From assembly GCA_051362555.1 (NCBI GenBank), contig CM120640.1:1364001-1428000 (forward strand): a stretch of 64,000 nt of DNA, written 5' to 3'. The position numbers and the translations under genes are program-made. Below are positions 12,501 through 24,515 of the stretch, piece after piece. The notes beneath the pieces were generated by a model. It saw nothing but the letters and a program-made list of their open reading frames with translations, made no database searches and was not told the origin of the DNA. Position 1 is the stretch's first letter. Every line of letters begins with the position of its first letter. The DNA comes from Lingula anatina (Eukaryota > Animalia > Brachiopoda).

Positions 12501-15204
12501 GTTTATAAATGCTCGTTTTTATTATATTGTTTTCAAACTATTCAATGTGAATTCGCCATGATTTGATCTTACCAGCAATCTGCAAGGAGTGCAAGCCCCT
12601 TGGCAGTGGCCTTGGTGGCTTCTTTGCTGTCCATACTGATCCAGTCCACTACATTCGCTGTGTTCCACTGGGTGACACTTGGCAGGTGCTCGTATTGCAC
12701 TGCTGTAACCATACTGCTGATGGCGGCGGTAGCAGCACGGTGTGGGACCAGGAAGTGTTGACTTGTGTTCATGACCCTGATAATTGGCCCAATCCCTACC
12801 CATGTGGTAATTTTATTCAACTAAAGCTTTTTAAGTTGCTTTTGCTTTATCTAATATTTTTACCTTACCATGTAAGTACGTACTTTTTTATGTCTTTCAT
12901 CTTTGATGAGATAATAAATGAATGAATAAATACATAAACTGTATAACAATATGAATAATTTGAAAACATTTATTACTCAATGAGACGTGAAATGGAACCA
13001 CATACATTTGTGACTCTAGAGAAACAAATTAAATATTTTATTTCACTTCCATGCATTCCATATTTCTTTCTATTATAATCTTCAGAGGGGTTTGAAGATA
13101 TCGATCCACCTGTCCCGCCGTCGAATGTTCGTAAGTACACAAACACGTAATATTTTAGTGATTTAGCTTTGTATCAAATACTGTATTCTTTATATATTTG
13201 CTTTTCTTTGGGTTTCATAAAATGCGAGGCTTTTTTTCTCTCTTGCCTTTGACTGTTTAGGAATGTTTTGGGATGTGTGCTGTTTGAAATACTTGGATAA
13301 TTAAAACGAAACGTTTTATTTGTCCAAGGTAATGAATGTAACTGTTTCTGTGAATAACTCAGAACTTGAGAGGCCTCCTTTATAAGAATGAAAGATATTC
13401 TGAGTGTTATTTGTATTTTCTTTCAGCGTTCTGGCCCCTGCAGTGGACCCCCAAACTGGACAGTCTGGTAGAGGACAGAGACTACGGTAAACCAGGGGGC
13501 GCTGTTGCCCGCGTGTACACTGGAGTTTATGACCATGGTCACGTGAAGAAGGGCAGCCTCTTCGTGAGAGCAACTAATAAGACCGTCCCAACGATCGAGT
13601 TCGATGGCCAAAAGGTCGATGACACCTACGCCCACATTGAGGTTCCGTTCTTCGAGAACGCGGAGTGGAGCAAGTACAACCCCGGGTTCAGTTTCACTTT
13701 CGGTTTCTGCATTGATGCTAATACGCCCCTTGACGCTGCATTAATAACCAACGCCGACTGTAACTTTACAGCTTCCGTTGAGATCTCACTCCAGCCAAAC
13801 CCGAATCCAATACCAGGCCAGAGTGCATATCTTCTGCAGGCACTGATACGTAGCAAAGGAAATAGTCCGGATACTATATCCACCGTCCTGCCCTTCTTCC
13901 AGGTAAGTGTGCGATAACATAATTACTGAGGCGACATTAACTCTATCACGTCTAATTTTATCTTTATCTCACATTTTCGTATTGTTTGAGGCATTGATCA
14001 AATTTCTAAATACCAAAATCGAACGTATCAGTAGAGGTAAAATCTCCGTCGAGATGTCTTAATCACGTAGAAATTATATTCTGTAAGAAAGAAAAATGCT
14101 CTGAGCATTAGTGTGAACGACGAGTTATTGTTAGAACTTCATTGTATACGAGTGCATACATGTACAAGAACATTCACATGCACAAGTTGTAAATGTAATA
14201 TATTCCCCAAGCGAGGGATACGAAATGACATTATATTCCTTTTGACGATTGAGGGTCGACATTGAATTTCCAGTTTCGTTCTTCCCATCTGGTGGAACAT
14301 ATAAAATTGACCTAGGGACCGTACATTAAAGGGATAATAACTCTTCTGTTTTTATTGTGAAACATTGATCTCATTCCTTTAAACTACATTAAATAGCATC
14401 CGGTAATACAACGTGATATATCTATATTGTTAAACATTTTTCCTTTGTTGTAGCCCCCTCTGTGTTACTTCGCTGGGTTCTCCTACACCCAGGCCGGGAA
14501 CAACATGTTGTTGTGGTTGAATGGATACACAGTCACAGGGGCGGCCCAAGGTAATGTTCAGTGAGAGTATGGAAGTACGGCACCTTCACCTGGGCCCAAC
14601 TGAAGGGGGCGCCACTGAGGGCTTTTTATCATAATTTATCGATCGATTATTCGTATTTATCGGCTTGTATTTTTGAGCTGTTGTTTTGTAAATTGAAATG
14701 TCTTATAATAGATTTCAGGTGATTAGACAGTGATGCAATTTTAGTGCAAGTCAGAAGCCATTTTGTGGAATTTTTCAAGAGTTTTAAGTTAAATTGTTTT
14801 AATTTTGTAAACATATTTCCTAATTATCATTTTTTTCAACTTCTTTGTAGGGCCACCAAGGCGTATCAACCAAAATCCATTGTTTATCGGGTACAGTTGC
14901 TATGGTTACCCAGACCAACAGCCGCCGCGTGCTCTTCATGGATCCATGTCGTCTGTAAGTTTCACCCCTCTTCGTTATATTTTATATTCCCTCTTTACAC
15001 ACACTACCAAGTTTAATTAATTTATGTGGAATACCGTTGTTCCCTATGTCTATGTATGGCCACCTTCAGTAAATATTTTTTTATGAATTTATAGCCCACT
15101 GAAACATTTGTTCTTTATTTCAGATAAAGATTTGGGGAGACAAAGCACTGGATGCCGCGCAGATTAACCAAGAATGCGTGGATGCCAAGTTCTGTAATTT
15201 ATAA
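11769..15204 (+). CDS. Secreted chitin-binding type-2 + laminin-G domain protein (Pif/BMSP-like, VWA-less), paralog 1, 401 aa
   Basis: Exons 11769-11928, 12262-12273, 12576-12806, 13086-13130, 13427-13902, 14454-14550, 14851-14954, 15124-15204. All introns GT-AG with consistent phases; 1206 nt total. Signal peptide MAGPQVLIFAALLGCVLA. ChtBD2-like CKEC..G.F...DP.HYIRC...TVWDQEVLTC. LamG-like EFDG..HIEVPFFEN..AALITNADC..SVEI..LFIG..HGSMSSIKIWGDKAL..QI. AATAAA at 15345. Confidence 0.88.
12449..12497. repeat. (TA)n microsatellite in an intron of paralog 1
   Basis: Direct reading. Confidence 0.95.
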
Positions 15205-16323
15205 TTATCATAAACTGACATCATGAGTGATATATTGAAAAGGATTTATCTCTGAGATTGGTCGATTTAATATCTACCTTTTAAAGGACATCTGCCGTTT
15301 ATTTACCTCTAGATTTATCTTGACTCTGAAAGGTGTATGTCAGGAATAAAGGAAATTTTTAATTTCCACTGTGTTAGTTGTGCCGTCAATTGTGTTAGTT
15401 GTGCCAAGGATAGATTGTGCCCACATAAACGTGTTGCGTTCTCTTGCTATGGTTAAAATGAACTTTTTATGTTTGGCAAAATTTTTATGTTCGGTAAAAT
15501 GATTTAATGTATCAATAACTGCTCTGCGCTACATGTAAAAAATTAAGAAAGCATGTTTCGGATATATCAAAACATTTTTAAAAGAACAAGCAGATCCAAA
15601 TGATCGACTTAAGTTTCTTACTCTCATTTTAAATGTTAATTTCTCTATCTTTCTCTCCAATCTTTACCAAATCTGTTATCCTCAAGCACTCAGTCTCAAA
15701 CGTTTGAAAATCTCTTTTGTGAAGTATCTATTTTGCTCCCCTATCGGGCGAAGAATTTTCTGTCAAAACTGCCAGATGCTCGATAAAAAACGTCATTTCC
15801 TATTAAAGGTGTATGTGACACGGGGAATGTCATCTTTTGTAATTTAAATGGGCAGTTTTACAAAGACGTCTACTTGAATTTTTTCCAGTGTTTTCTGTAA
15901 AACGGGAAGACGTACAGTACATTACTCTTTCATAACGGAAAAGGTTTTCCGCTCAAAATATGTTATTTCATGTCTACGATCATTAGATTAATAAGTAATA
16001 ACGCGATATACATTATTTAATAACTTAAATCGAGGGCCCTGGAGTGAGTCGAAAAAGACTTAAAAGTCTTCAATTTACCTTTAAAAGCAAGCAAAATCTA
16101 CCTAGACGGTAAATATTGTATAGATGATAAATATGATAGATAAATATAATGTAATGTTTCAATAGGGACCCTTTCCGGGTCATTTTATTAAGGCAATTTC
16201 TTTACCTTTATTATATTGCTAGAAAACGTTTTCATTGACATAACAAAAACTAACATTTTACGGAAAGTAAGTTAAAATCGTAATGTTCTATTCACAGGTA
16301 ATTGGATTGAATACCGATACTTA

Positions 16324-16979
16324 AAACCCCTTCACACAGGAGGGCAATCCTTGTGCTTCCTTTGTGCGACCATGAGGTAGCTGGCCAAGTCGCCATTGGA
16401 GGCTCAAACTAAAAGGCTGAGGTGAAGTGATTGGGTGGCTAAAATTGTATAAAGATGGCACACAGGATGTTCACGTATCGCCGTTGACGCGATAGTCGAC
16501 GTGAAGTTCATAACAATCCGCCATGGAGGTACCAGTAACTGGTGGCAGAAAGCAGGCTCAAAGAAGCTAGAAATAATGTGCAGACACTGCCGTGGTTGCA
16601 GAACGGATGCTCAAAGTCGGTCGGTGCTTATAAATGCAATTTTTTACTATCTAACACTGATAGAAAAATTATAAACGCTCATCAGTCCCATAGCAGACAG
16701 AGGCATGATTGAATGGCTGCCACTGATTGCCGTCGGAGGCAAGGAGGATGATCAATGGTTGCTCAAGCATCGTCTGCCGGTCTGACAGGCAAGGTGCTCA
16801 GTGGACGCACAGTTCGCTCGTAGTTCTATAGGAAAAACCCGTGTTACATGTAAGTCACTGAAATGAGGCAAAGGGTCGCAGGAGCCTTTTCACAGAGACA
16901 CGATTTTATGGCTTTGTCGACCATTTAGCATCCTCGTTGAAGAGGGTAACGAAGGCCGCAGCTCTGTGTAAAGGGGGTC
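16324..16979. mobile_element. Non-autonomous DNA transposon, PIF/Harbinger-like
   Basis: Imperfect 16-bp TIRs AAACCCCTTCACACAG / CTGTGTAAAGGGGGTC flanked by a TTA duplication. The TIR type is shared with 57482-58618. Confidence 0.6.
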
Positions 16980-17973
16980 TTACAGTGTACATACTGTATG
17001 TACCACCAGTATATTACGAAGAAAGATAATTGATAAAACCGTATGACGATCTACGTTTCATAATACACCAATACCTAAAAATAAACCTGTGGATATTGTA
17101 TAAAAACAATATGTCCTTGTTACAGAGGCACAAAATACATGTGTAATTTTTATGTTCTGTTATGGTGCACGATAACAGATTATTCAAAATAACAGCTAAA
17201 TATCAGAGTTATCTCCATTTTAATATTTCAATGTTACTCAGGACACTTATTCAGATTTCCTTTGGCAAGCTATAGGATTTTATTTTCGGTCTCATTTGAC
17301 GCATCTTGCAATGCAAAGGAGGTAGAAAAAACATATTCATTTAGTATTTTTGACAGATAATGACGCTCAAGTGTAGCACACCATGGCCACTAGCCCTAGA
17401 TTCCTGCCTATTTACGTTAACGCATGCGTAGTTAACCAATACAAATTACTTTTCCACAGATAACGACGTGCATGCATCACCGGAAATGAACGGGTTAACC
17501 GCGCATGCGCGACATAATCTGTACAAGATGAATGCTCACCGTCATTAGTCCGTGCTGTCATCTTCCGGGATTGAAGTCACAAAAGATTAAAGTTATAAAC
17601 GTGTTATCTTTTATATATCTTTAAGGCGTTGGTTGGTTTACATCGCTGAAGTATGAAAAATGTTTTTCAGTTGCAAATTTTATGCTTAATATTTGCAAAA
17701 ATTATAGATAAATCTATATTCAGAGGTGCTTCATTTTAAGTGCGTATGCCATAGGCCTATTTTGATATAGGGGCGCAATATCCTTGTCACCATATTTTGT
17801 CTGTTGCTGACAAGGGAAAGTTGTACTTAAGATTTGCAGGTTGAATTGGTCCTCTATAATTGGTTTGAAACAAAATGCCACATAAGATTCCCCAGTGATA
17901 GGGTTTGCAAGTATCGACCAGTTTTTTCTATATTTATTTATCGTATATTGATAAGGACACCCTTCACATTTAA

Positions 17974-18588
17974 GGTAGGACCGCTGGTTGGAGATTTTAT
18001 CTTAAATTAAAGGTCTAAGCTTTTTTATTCCTTTTGCATTCATTTAATGTATCTTCAAAATTATGCTGGAAACACAGCTCCAAGTTCATAGTGTGACATA
18101 ATTTTGGGATTTTGGGGACAAAAACATCATTTCCGGTTTCCTGATTTTCTAAGGCACCTGGACAGCGATAAACATGCTCTTAATGGTATTTTAACACTTG
18201 AACAAAGTACTACAAACGGGGTTCGGGGATTTTTCTTTAAAGACTTACTGTTGATTTTATTAATAAAAACGTGATGGTTCCCGCACGAAAATGCAGTAGT
18301 ATCGAAGTAGCAAAGAAGCATTAACGCAGTAGTGGTGTGGAGCATATTTGCAGTAGAAATGCAGTATACCCTACTGCAATTCTACTTCAAAAATTACATA
18401 GGGTTGTACAGAGGAGGAGCATTAATGCAGTAGATTAGCAGCATGATAGAAGCATGTTTCAAATATGCTAATTAGCTCCCAATGCGAAGCAGATTTGAGG
18501 CATATTTGCAGTATGATTGCAGTAGTCTACTGCGCTGGAGCATCTACTGCGTTTTCGTGCGGGGTTAGCCCTATTTGGGTACAGCCCC
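17974..18588 (-). mobile_element. Kolobok-like MITE (inverted copy of 36464-36791) carrying a nested MITE
   Basis: Aligns in reverse with 36464-36791, starts after TTAA, and is absent at the paralogous site near 28940. Confidence 0.7.
18280..18563. mobile_element. Nested MITE with CCC..GGG termini and GTT target duplication
   Basis: TIRs CCCGCACGAAAATGCAGTAG / CTACTGCGTTTTCGTGCGGG; GTT on both sides; internal GCAGTAG repeats. Confidence 0.75.
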
Positions 18589-19598
18589 CATTGACAATAC
18601 CGGATGCGGTCCATGATGAATCAAACCACAATTTAGTTTTTCATTTTCCGTTGTTATAAAAGACAACTCTATGTGCCAAAGACTGGTGGGTTTAACAGTA
18701 GTTCACCAGGTCCGGATTTAAATGTTTTTATAACTTTTATTTTTGTCTTCCTTTTCTCACATTAAACCGCATAGACAGTCCGAAAAAATGGTTTTATAAA
18801 TACACCGATTACATAACGCCACGATCAAATGGACCAAGCACTTAACAGACAGGGATGAATATTTCAACGGAAAACCCTTGAAGAGCTACCCAGAGTAACT
18901 TGAAGGGTGACAACTTATGTCTGGCAGCATCAGAAATATGTTGAATAATTAATGCGATTATTTAAAGTGCTTCTTTATGTTGTTCTTACCCATGTATTTA
19001 TGTAGTTGTTTGTCGGAATAATTTTACTAAGCGTCCTCATGCTCATCTTTAATCATGATTATTTTTAAGTACAATCACATCTCCATAACATATTCATAGT
19101 GCAGTAATAGTGCCAGCATACATTAGGACATGATTCACGACAGGCAGGTTGTATGTATTATGCAGTCATACTCAGTGTTGTATCGTGGATAACCAAGGAG
19201 ACATCGCTCTACACAGTCAAGTATTTAATTTTATTGGAGTGTTCTAATAATAGGGAAATCAGTGGTAAAGATTCGTGCCAGATTACATGAATAAATCAAA
19301 CACTGTCATGTTGAAATGACGCTTTCTTGGGAAGAGATTTGTAAGGGACTTAGATTTTTCCACCTCTATTCACAAAGTGATAATTTATCTGCAGCCAATA
19401 GTTACCAGCATATTCTCAATATTTCGATGTCTATCTAAATCACCTTTCTCAGGAAAAGAGGCAATATCACAGTTTATCCTCTATCCATGGCGTGCTTGTT
19501 ACCTTCCAGCAGGTGCCCTATACCTGTAGATACCCTGTACACATTGTTATATGGGAGCTGTTGACTGAGGAAAATTACTGCTTTAATATGATTGCACA

Positions 19599-20003
19599 CC
19601 CTTAGCAAAATGAAAAGTGCAGCAATGTTGCGACCAAATTTGCTGCAAACTAAAAGTTTGCGGTAACTAGTTTGCAGGATTAACCAAGAAAAATTTGTTT
19701 TGCTGCTGATTTGCAACAAATTTGCAATTACAACTAGAGTTTGCAGATGGTTTGCAAGAAAATCCTTTATGTTGTGGCAAATTTACGACAAATTAGAAGC
19801 AAATTTGCAAGTTTGCAGTAAGTTTGCAAGAAAGTATTCAAGGTCTTGCAAATTTGCAACAAATTTGCTGCAAATTTACAGCAAATTAGCAGCAAATTTG
19901 CTGTATATTGGCAAGAATTTCTCGCAAATTTGCAGAAAATCTGTAGCAAATTTGCAGTGAATTTGCCAGATAGTTTGCGGCAAGTTTGATATTTTGCTAA
20001 GGG
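19599..20003. mobile_element. MITE with CCC..GGG termini and internal GCAAATTTGC repeats (CMC/EnSpm-like)
   Basis: TIRs CCCTTAGCAAAAT / ATTTTGCTAAGGG. The paralogous upstream region of gene 3 (about 29845) is the empty site. Confidence 0.75.
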
Positions 20004-20536
20004 TAAAATAGTTCTGTTTCACTGGATGCAAAGACTGAAAAGTGAACAATTCATACTTATGTATCAAAACTAAAAAAAAACATCTGTAAATGTTGCATAA
20101 ATCTTTTGTCACGTCATCGAAGGAACTGTAATTATTGGTTACCACTGAAGCATTTGAAATGTATCAGTGAATGCTAAAAATACGAAATCTTACGTTAATG
20201 ACGCAATAATGGTTCATTGTTGGAATTTTGTCAATTTTCATCTAAGATGTTTTCAGGTCCATGCAATATTATGATGCCCTTAAAACTGATATCAATTGTT
20301 TATTACAAACTCGTTGTTAAGAGAAACATGTTTAAAGCATAAAATGTCCAATACAGTTTAGCAAAACAGGTAAAAGATAATTATATTCCATAAACTTTCA
20401 TAATTGGGGATGTTTAAAAAACATATTTGCAAATATCTTTCTTGAAATAATATGCAAGTCAAAATACCACTTTAAACGTTCATCATAAAAAATGTTATAA
20501 AAATGTTCATACGTTGCAACGCCCCTGTACACTATG

Positions 20537-20625
20537 TATATAAGTTGATGAGAAAGTTTGTGCCGTTGCCTGCAGACAAAGTTTGCTCTCAGGAGAGTAG
20601 TCTTGTCTTCCAGTCACTTAGCCAG
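20537..20625 (+). promoter_or_regulatory. Candidate TATA box and non-coding exon 1 of paralog 2
   Basis: TATATAAG at 20537 and donor CCAG|GTTGGT at 20626. The same arrangement is conserved upstream of paralog 3 (30358-30447). Confidence 0.45.
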
Positions 20626-21103
20626 GTTGGTCAACTGTTTTATGTCATCTTCTAGACTTAGAATAATTTTCGGTAGGGTGTACTTGCCAGTTGCTTGTGT
20701 TATACTGGGTGAAATGTTTGGTATAAAATGTGATCAGCTCGGATAGATCAGCATCTTCTAGACAGTATGTTTCCTAAGTTTTTGACCAAAGTAATGTTGC
20801 TTAAACCTACGACTGAGATCGTCTGAAGAACTGCGGCGATAAAGAGAGGTGCAAATGTATGACAGTTTCAAAAGCTTTTTCAAAACCACCGTTCTACATT
20901 AAAAGAATTCAGTGTTAAATCATAACCTTGCAAAGTAATTTAATCGTGTTCATGTTTAATTCCAATGAGTTTCATTAAAACACATTCATTGCTATTGGTT
21001 TAAGTGAAAGATCTGAACAGAAGAGTCTCCATTGTCTCAAAATCTGAGAGTAACGTCAAGCGTCATGACCTTAACCAACATTCTTCATTCCAGTTGCCTC
21101 AAT

Positions 21104-24100
21104 ATGGTCAGTTACCAGATCATCGTTGCCGTTGCCGTTCTGGGCAGTGTCTTAGCCGTGCCCCCGCTTCCACCGTATTCGCCCGGAAAACCTGCCCCTT
21201 CAGTGCACCGATACCGGTGGTCCGTGACCTGGCCGCGAGACGCATACTACGTTCTAACAGAGGGTATGATATCATTATATTATTTTCCACCGTACACACC
21301 GGTAAAACCTCGTCCTTCAGTGTATTCTTACCGGTGGTACGCTGCCTTGACGCCAAGTTTGATATTTTGGTATCGGCATGTTCTATCTTTCTTTTTTGTT
21401 GTCTTATTCTTTGTATATTATTCATTTCTTATATCTTCAAAATATAATTTACTTAAGGATTGTTAGGCTACCACAGCACATTTGAGCAGTATTCATGCAT
21501 TCTATGAAATAACCAAAGTGCGCAAAATTCCAATTAAATTCTCTTTGTCTTCCAGCTAACTTATATATATATTAATTACGGCATCTTCTTCTACTTTCAG
21601 CTCAAAAAGACGGTAAGTGGACCTTCCTTTTTGTGTTGATTTTTTAAATCATGTGTATCATATGGACACATACAGTCCAATAATAACACAGTTACATTTT
21701 TGAACCGTGCTGAAACAAAACGCTCCAGATTACTGTTATGTTAACACAATATCGTTTCATCAGTGTTTGAATAGATTTACATCCTTTTCTCAATTATACG
21801 TTTTTTAAAATTATTTTACAATTCCATCGTTTGTTAAGAATAAGGCATATAATTTGTTGATACCCTTGTCTTACTTTCCAGAAATCTGCAAGGAGTGCAA
21901 ACCTCTTGGTAGTGGCCTTGGCGGCTTCTTTGCTATTGAGGGTGACCCAGTCCACTACATTCGCTGTGTTCCACTGGGTGACACTTGGCAGGTGCTCGTA
22001 TTACACTGCTGTAATAACACCAATCATGGCGGCAGTAGCACGGTGTGGGACCAGGAAGATTTAACTTGTGTTCATGGAGATTGGCCCAATCCCTATCCGT
22101 GCGGTAATTAATATGCCTTACTGATGATTTATCGAGGACACAATTGTGACGACCCGATATGTCCGACAGGCCAGATATGTCCTACGACCAGAGAAGGCCA
22201 GAAATGTCCGACTAAAAAGAGCCAGGTGTGTCTGACAGGCCAGATATGTCGGACACAACTGGCTCTTTTTTGTCGGACATATCTGGCCTGTCGGACACAT
22301 CTGGCTCTTTTTTGTCGGACATATCTGGCCTGTTCACTGGTCGTAGGACATATCTGGCCTGTCGGACATATCGGGTCGTCACACACAATGGACAAATGCA
22401 CACTCCAGCTTTTTCCTTATTAAGCTTCCTTGAAAGGGGAGTATAAACTATAATTTAGATCTGTATAACAATTAAATCATGTAGGGAAAGCTCTGAATGC
22501 GACCGCATTATTGTTTTATTGTTTATTTAGTTTGTATCATTTATTCTTTGTTGATTCATTCATTTTCCTTTTCTTTTAAAACTGGGTTGAAGTAGATGAG
22601 ACAAAAAGTAAATTCTACAAGTACGAGTATATCTTTCTTGTAATAAACCAGGATTCATAACAATTCAGTTTGGGGGTTTGTGTAACTTTCATATTTCTTT
22701 ATTTGGTATGCCTTCCAAATATCTTCTGTTTTACTTTTCAGAGGGCTTTGACGACTCTTCATGGGGTTCTCACACTTTTCCCCCGCCAGTGCATAACCGT
22801 AAGTTAAAGCATATGTTAAACGACCTGTCGTCATTTCGCTTATTATTATACCCCAGGCACACTAGAGAGGGGAATAGCTAGAATATCGTCGGAACGAAAA
22901 TTCCTTGTTTATTCCTGAATATTAGAAGTCCGTTCTAAAAAATCTGAGTGCATTTCCAATATATAGGCCCATTCTTGCGCCCGGTCCGAATGTTTTTCTC
23001 ATGCTCAAACTTTCGAAGAGCATTCCAATAGTCTATTGGTGTATTCCAACTGCACTATGAGTACATGGCCATTTTGTCCTTCAAGAACGATATTAATCTT
23101 ACCATCGGTGTCATTCATTTATTATATCAAATCGCTCATATTCCATTCACCTGTTTCCCAGCATTTTGGCCTCTGGTGTGGACCCCTCATTTGCCCTCCC
23201 TGGTTGAGGACAGAGACTTTCCCTCTCCAGTCGCCCGCGTTTACACGGGGGTGTACACCTTCGCTGGTGGTCACGTGCAGAGGGGCTTCCGAACGAACGC
23301 TATAGGGAACACGGTACCGGCCATTGAATTCGACGGACAACAAGTCCCTTACCACGACACAGCCGAGGACTCTTACTCCCACATCGAGATCCCTTTTTTC
23401 CAGAACGCTGACTGGAGCCAGTACTTGCCCGGGTTCACAATCACCCTTGGGTTCTGTGTGGACCCAGATTCTCCACCAGACGCTGCTCTCATCACAAATG
23501 CTGACTGTAATTTCACCGCCTCCGTGGAGCTCACGCTTAGAGGTGGTAACACGCTTGAAGCCATGATCCGTACACAATATCTCCCAGAGAATACTGTTGA
23601 TCTGCCTTTGCCAGCACGGGTAAGCAAGTTAAACTATTCCTGAGGAATATTCTGTCACCTTTTTTAAGTTTTCAAATTCCATCCACGCAAACAAACATTC
23701 ATAATGGAGTTAACATAACGTTTTTATGAAAAAATGTCTCTTTTGTTATTTCAGCCAAGTGGTTGTTACTTCGCTGGATTTTCCTACACACGTGCTACCA
23801 ACCAGATGCTTTTGTGGTTGGATGATAATACTTCAGACACAGAAACAGCCTCTGGTTTGTTCGTTTTCTATCTAACCAGAATGTTTGCATCAAATTTATA
23901 CAGATGTATTTGTTAATATATATTTTTTAATTTCACTGCTATTATTTCTGTCTGATCCGTTGTGCGTCTTTTCATGGTTTGAGAAACGGCCTTCTACAGG
24001 TGAGTGATCCATTTCCAGTGCATCATTTTATTGTGTTCTCGAAAGTGCTAGACTTTTTTCATCTTCTTTCTATTATCATTAAACAAGCGGGGAAATTAAA

Positions 24101-24515
24101 ATGAAATTATAATTTTCAGGACCACCGAGGAAAATCAACCAAAATCCGCTATTCTTCGGATACAGTTGCTATGGTTACCCTGATACAGCGCCACCACGTG
24201 CTCTGGATGGAGCCCTGGCTGCAGTACGTCTCTCTCTCTCTCTCTCATATATATTTTGCCAAACGTTTCCAATGTTTCCTTTTTGATAATCCTTTAATTG
24301 CTGAACTTTCATAACGTGAAATATTATCTGTAAAATTAAATAAATTTTGTGCGGTATCATTAAAAAAATACCCTATTGTTCAGCAATCAAAATGTTCGTA
24401 ATTTTTTTCTGCTCGTGAACTCTGAGTTTGTATTCTTCAGATTCATATCTGGGGTGACCGGGCAATGAATACAGCCGAAATGAACATTGAGTGTGTATTG
24501 GCTGGATTCTGCTAG
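21104..24515 (+). CDS. Secreted chitin-binding type-2 + laminin-G domain protein (Pif/BMSP-like), paralog 2, 395 aa (426 aa with the distal donor)
   Basis: Exons 21104-21263 (or to 21356), 21601-21612, 21882-22103, 22742-22798, 23162-23619, 23755-23854, 24120-24223, 24441-24515. Same exon and phase structure as paralog 1; open frame. Confidence 0.88.
22145..22383. mobile_element. Foldback MITE with TGT..ACA termini and 6-bp TSD
   Basis: Perfect 47-bp TIRs (TGTGACGACCCGATATGTCCGACAGGCCAGATATGTCCTACGACCAG), internal GCCAGATATGTCCGAC repeats in both orientations, CACAAT on both sides. Confidence 0.85.

Noticed and set aside
19700-20145. Overlapping ORFs rich in CKFAANL
   Set aside because: Translation of the GCAAATTTGC repeat inside a MITE.
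22118-22446. Five overlapping Cys-rich ORFs (CPTGQIC); the repeat superficially resembles a CRISPR array
   Set aside because: Palindromic MITE in an intron; no unique spacers and no cas genes; eukaryotic DNA.
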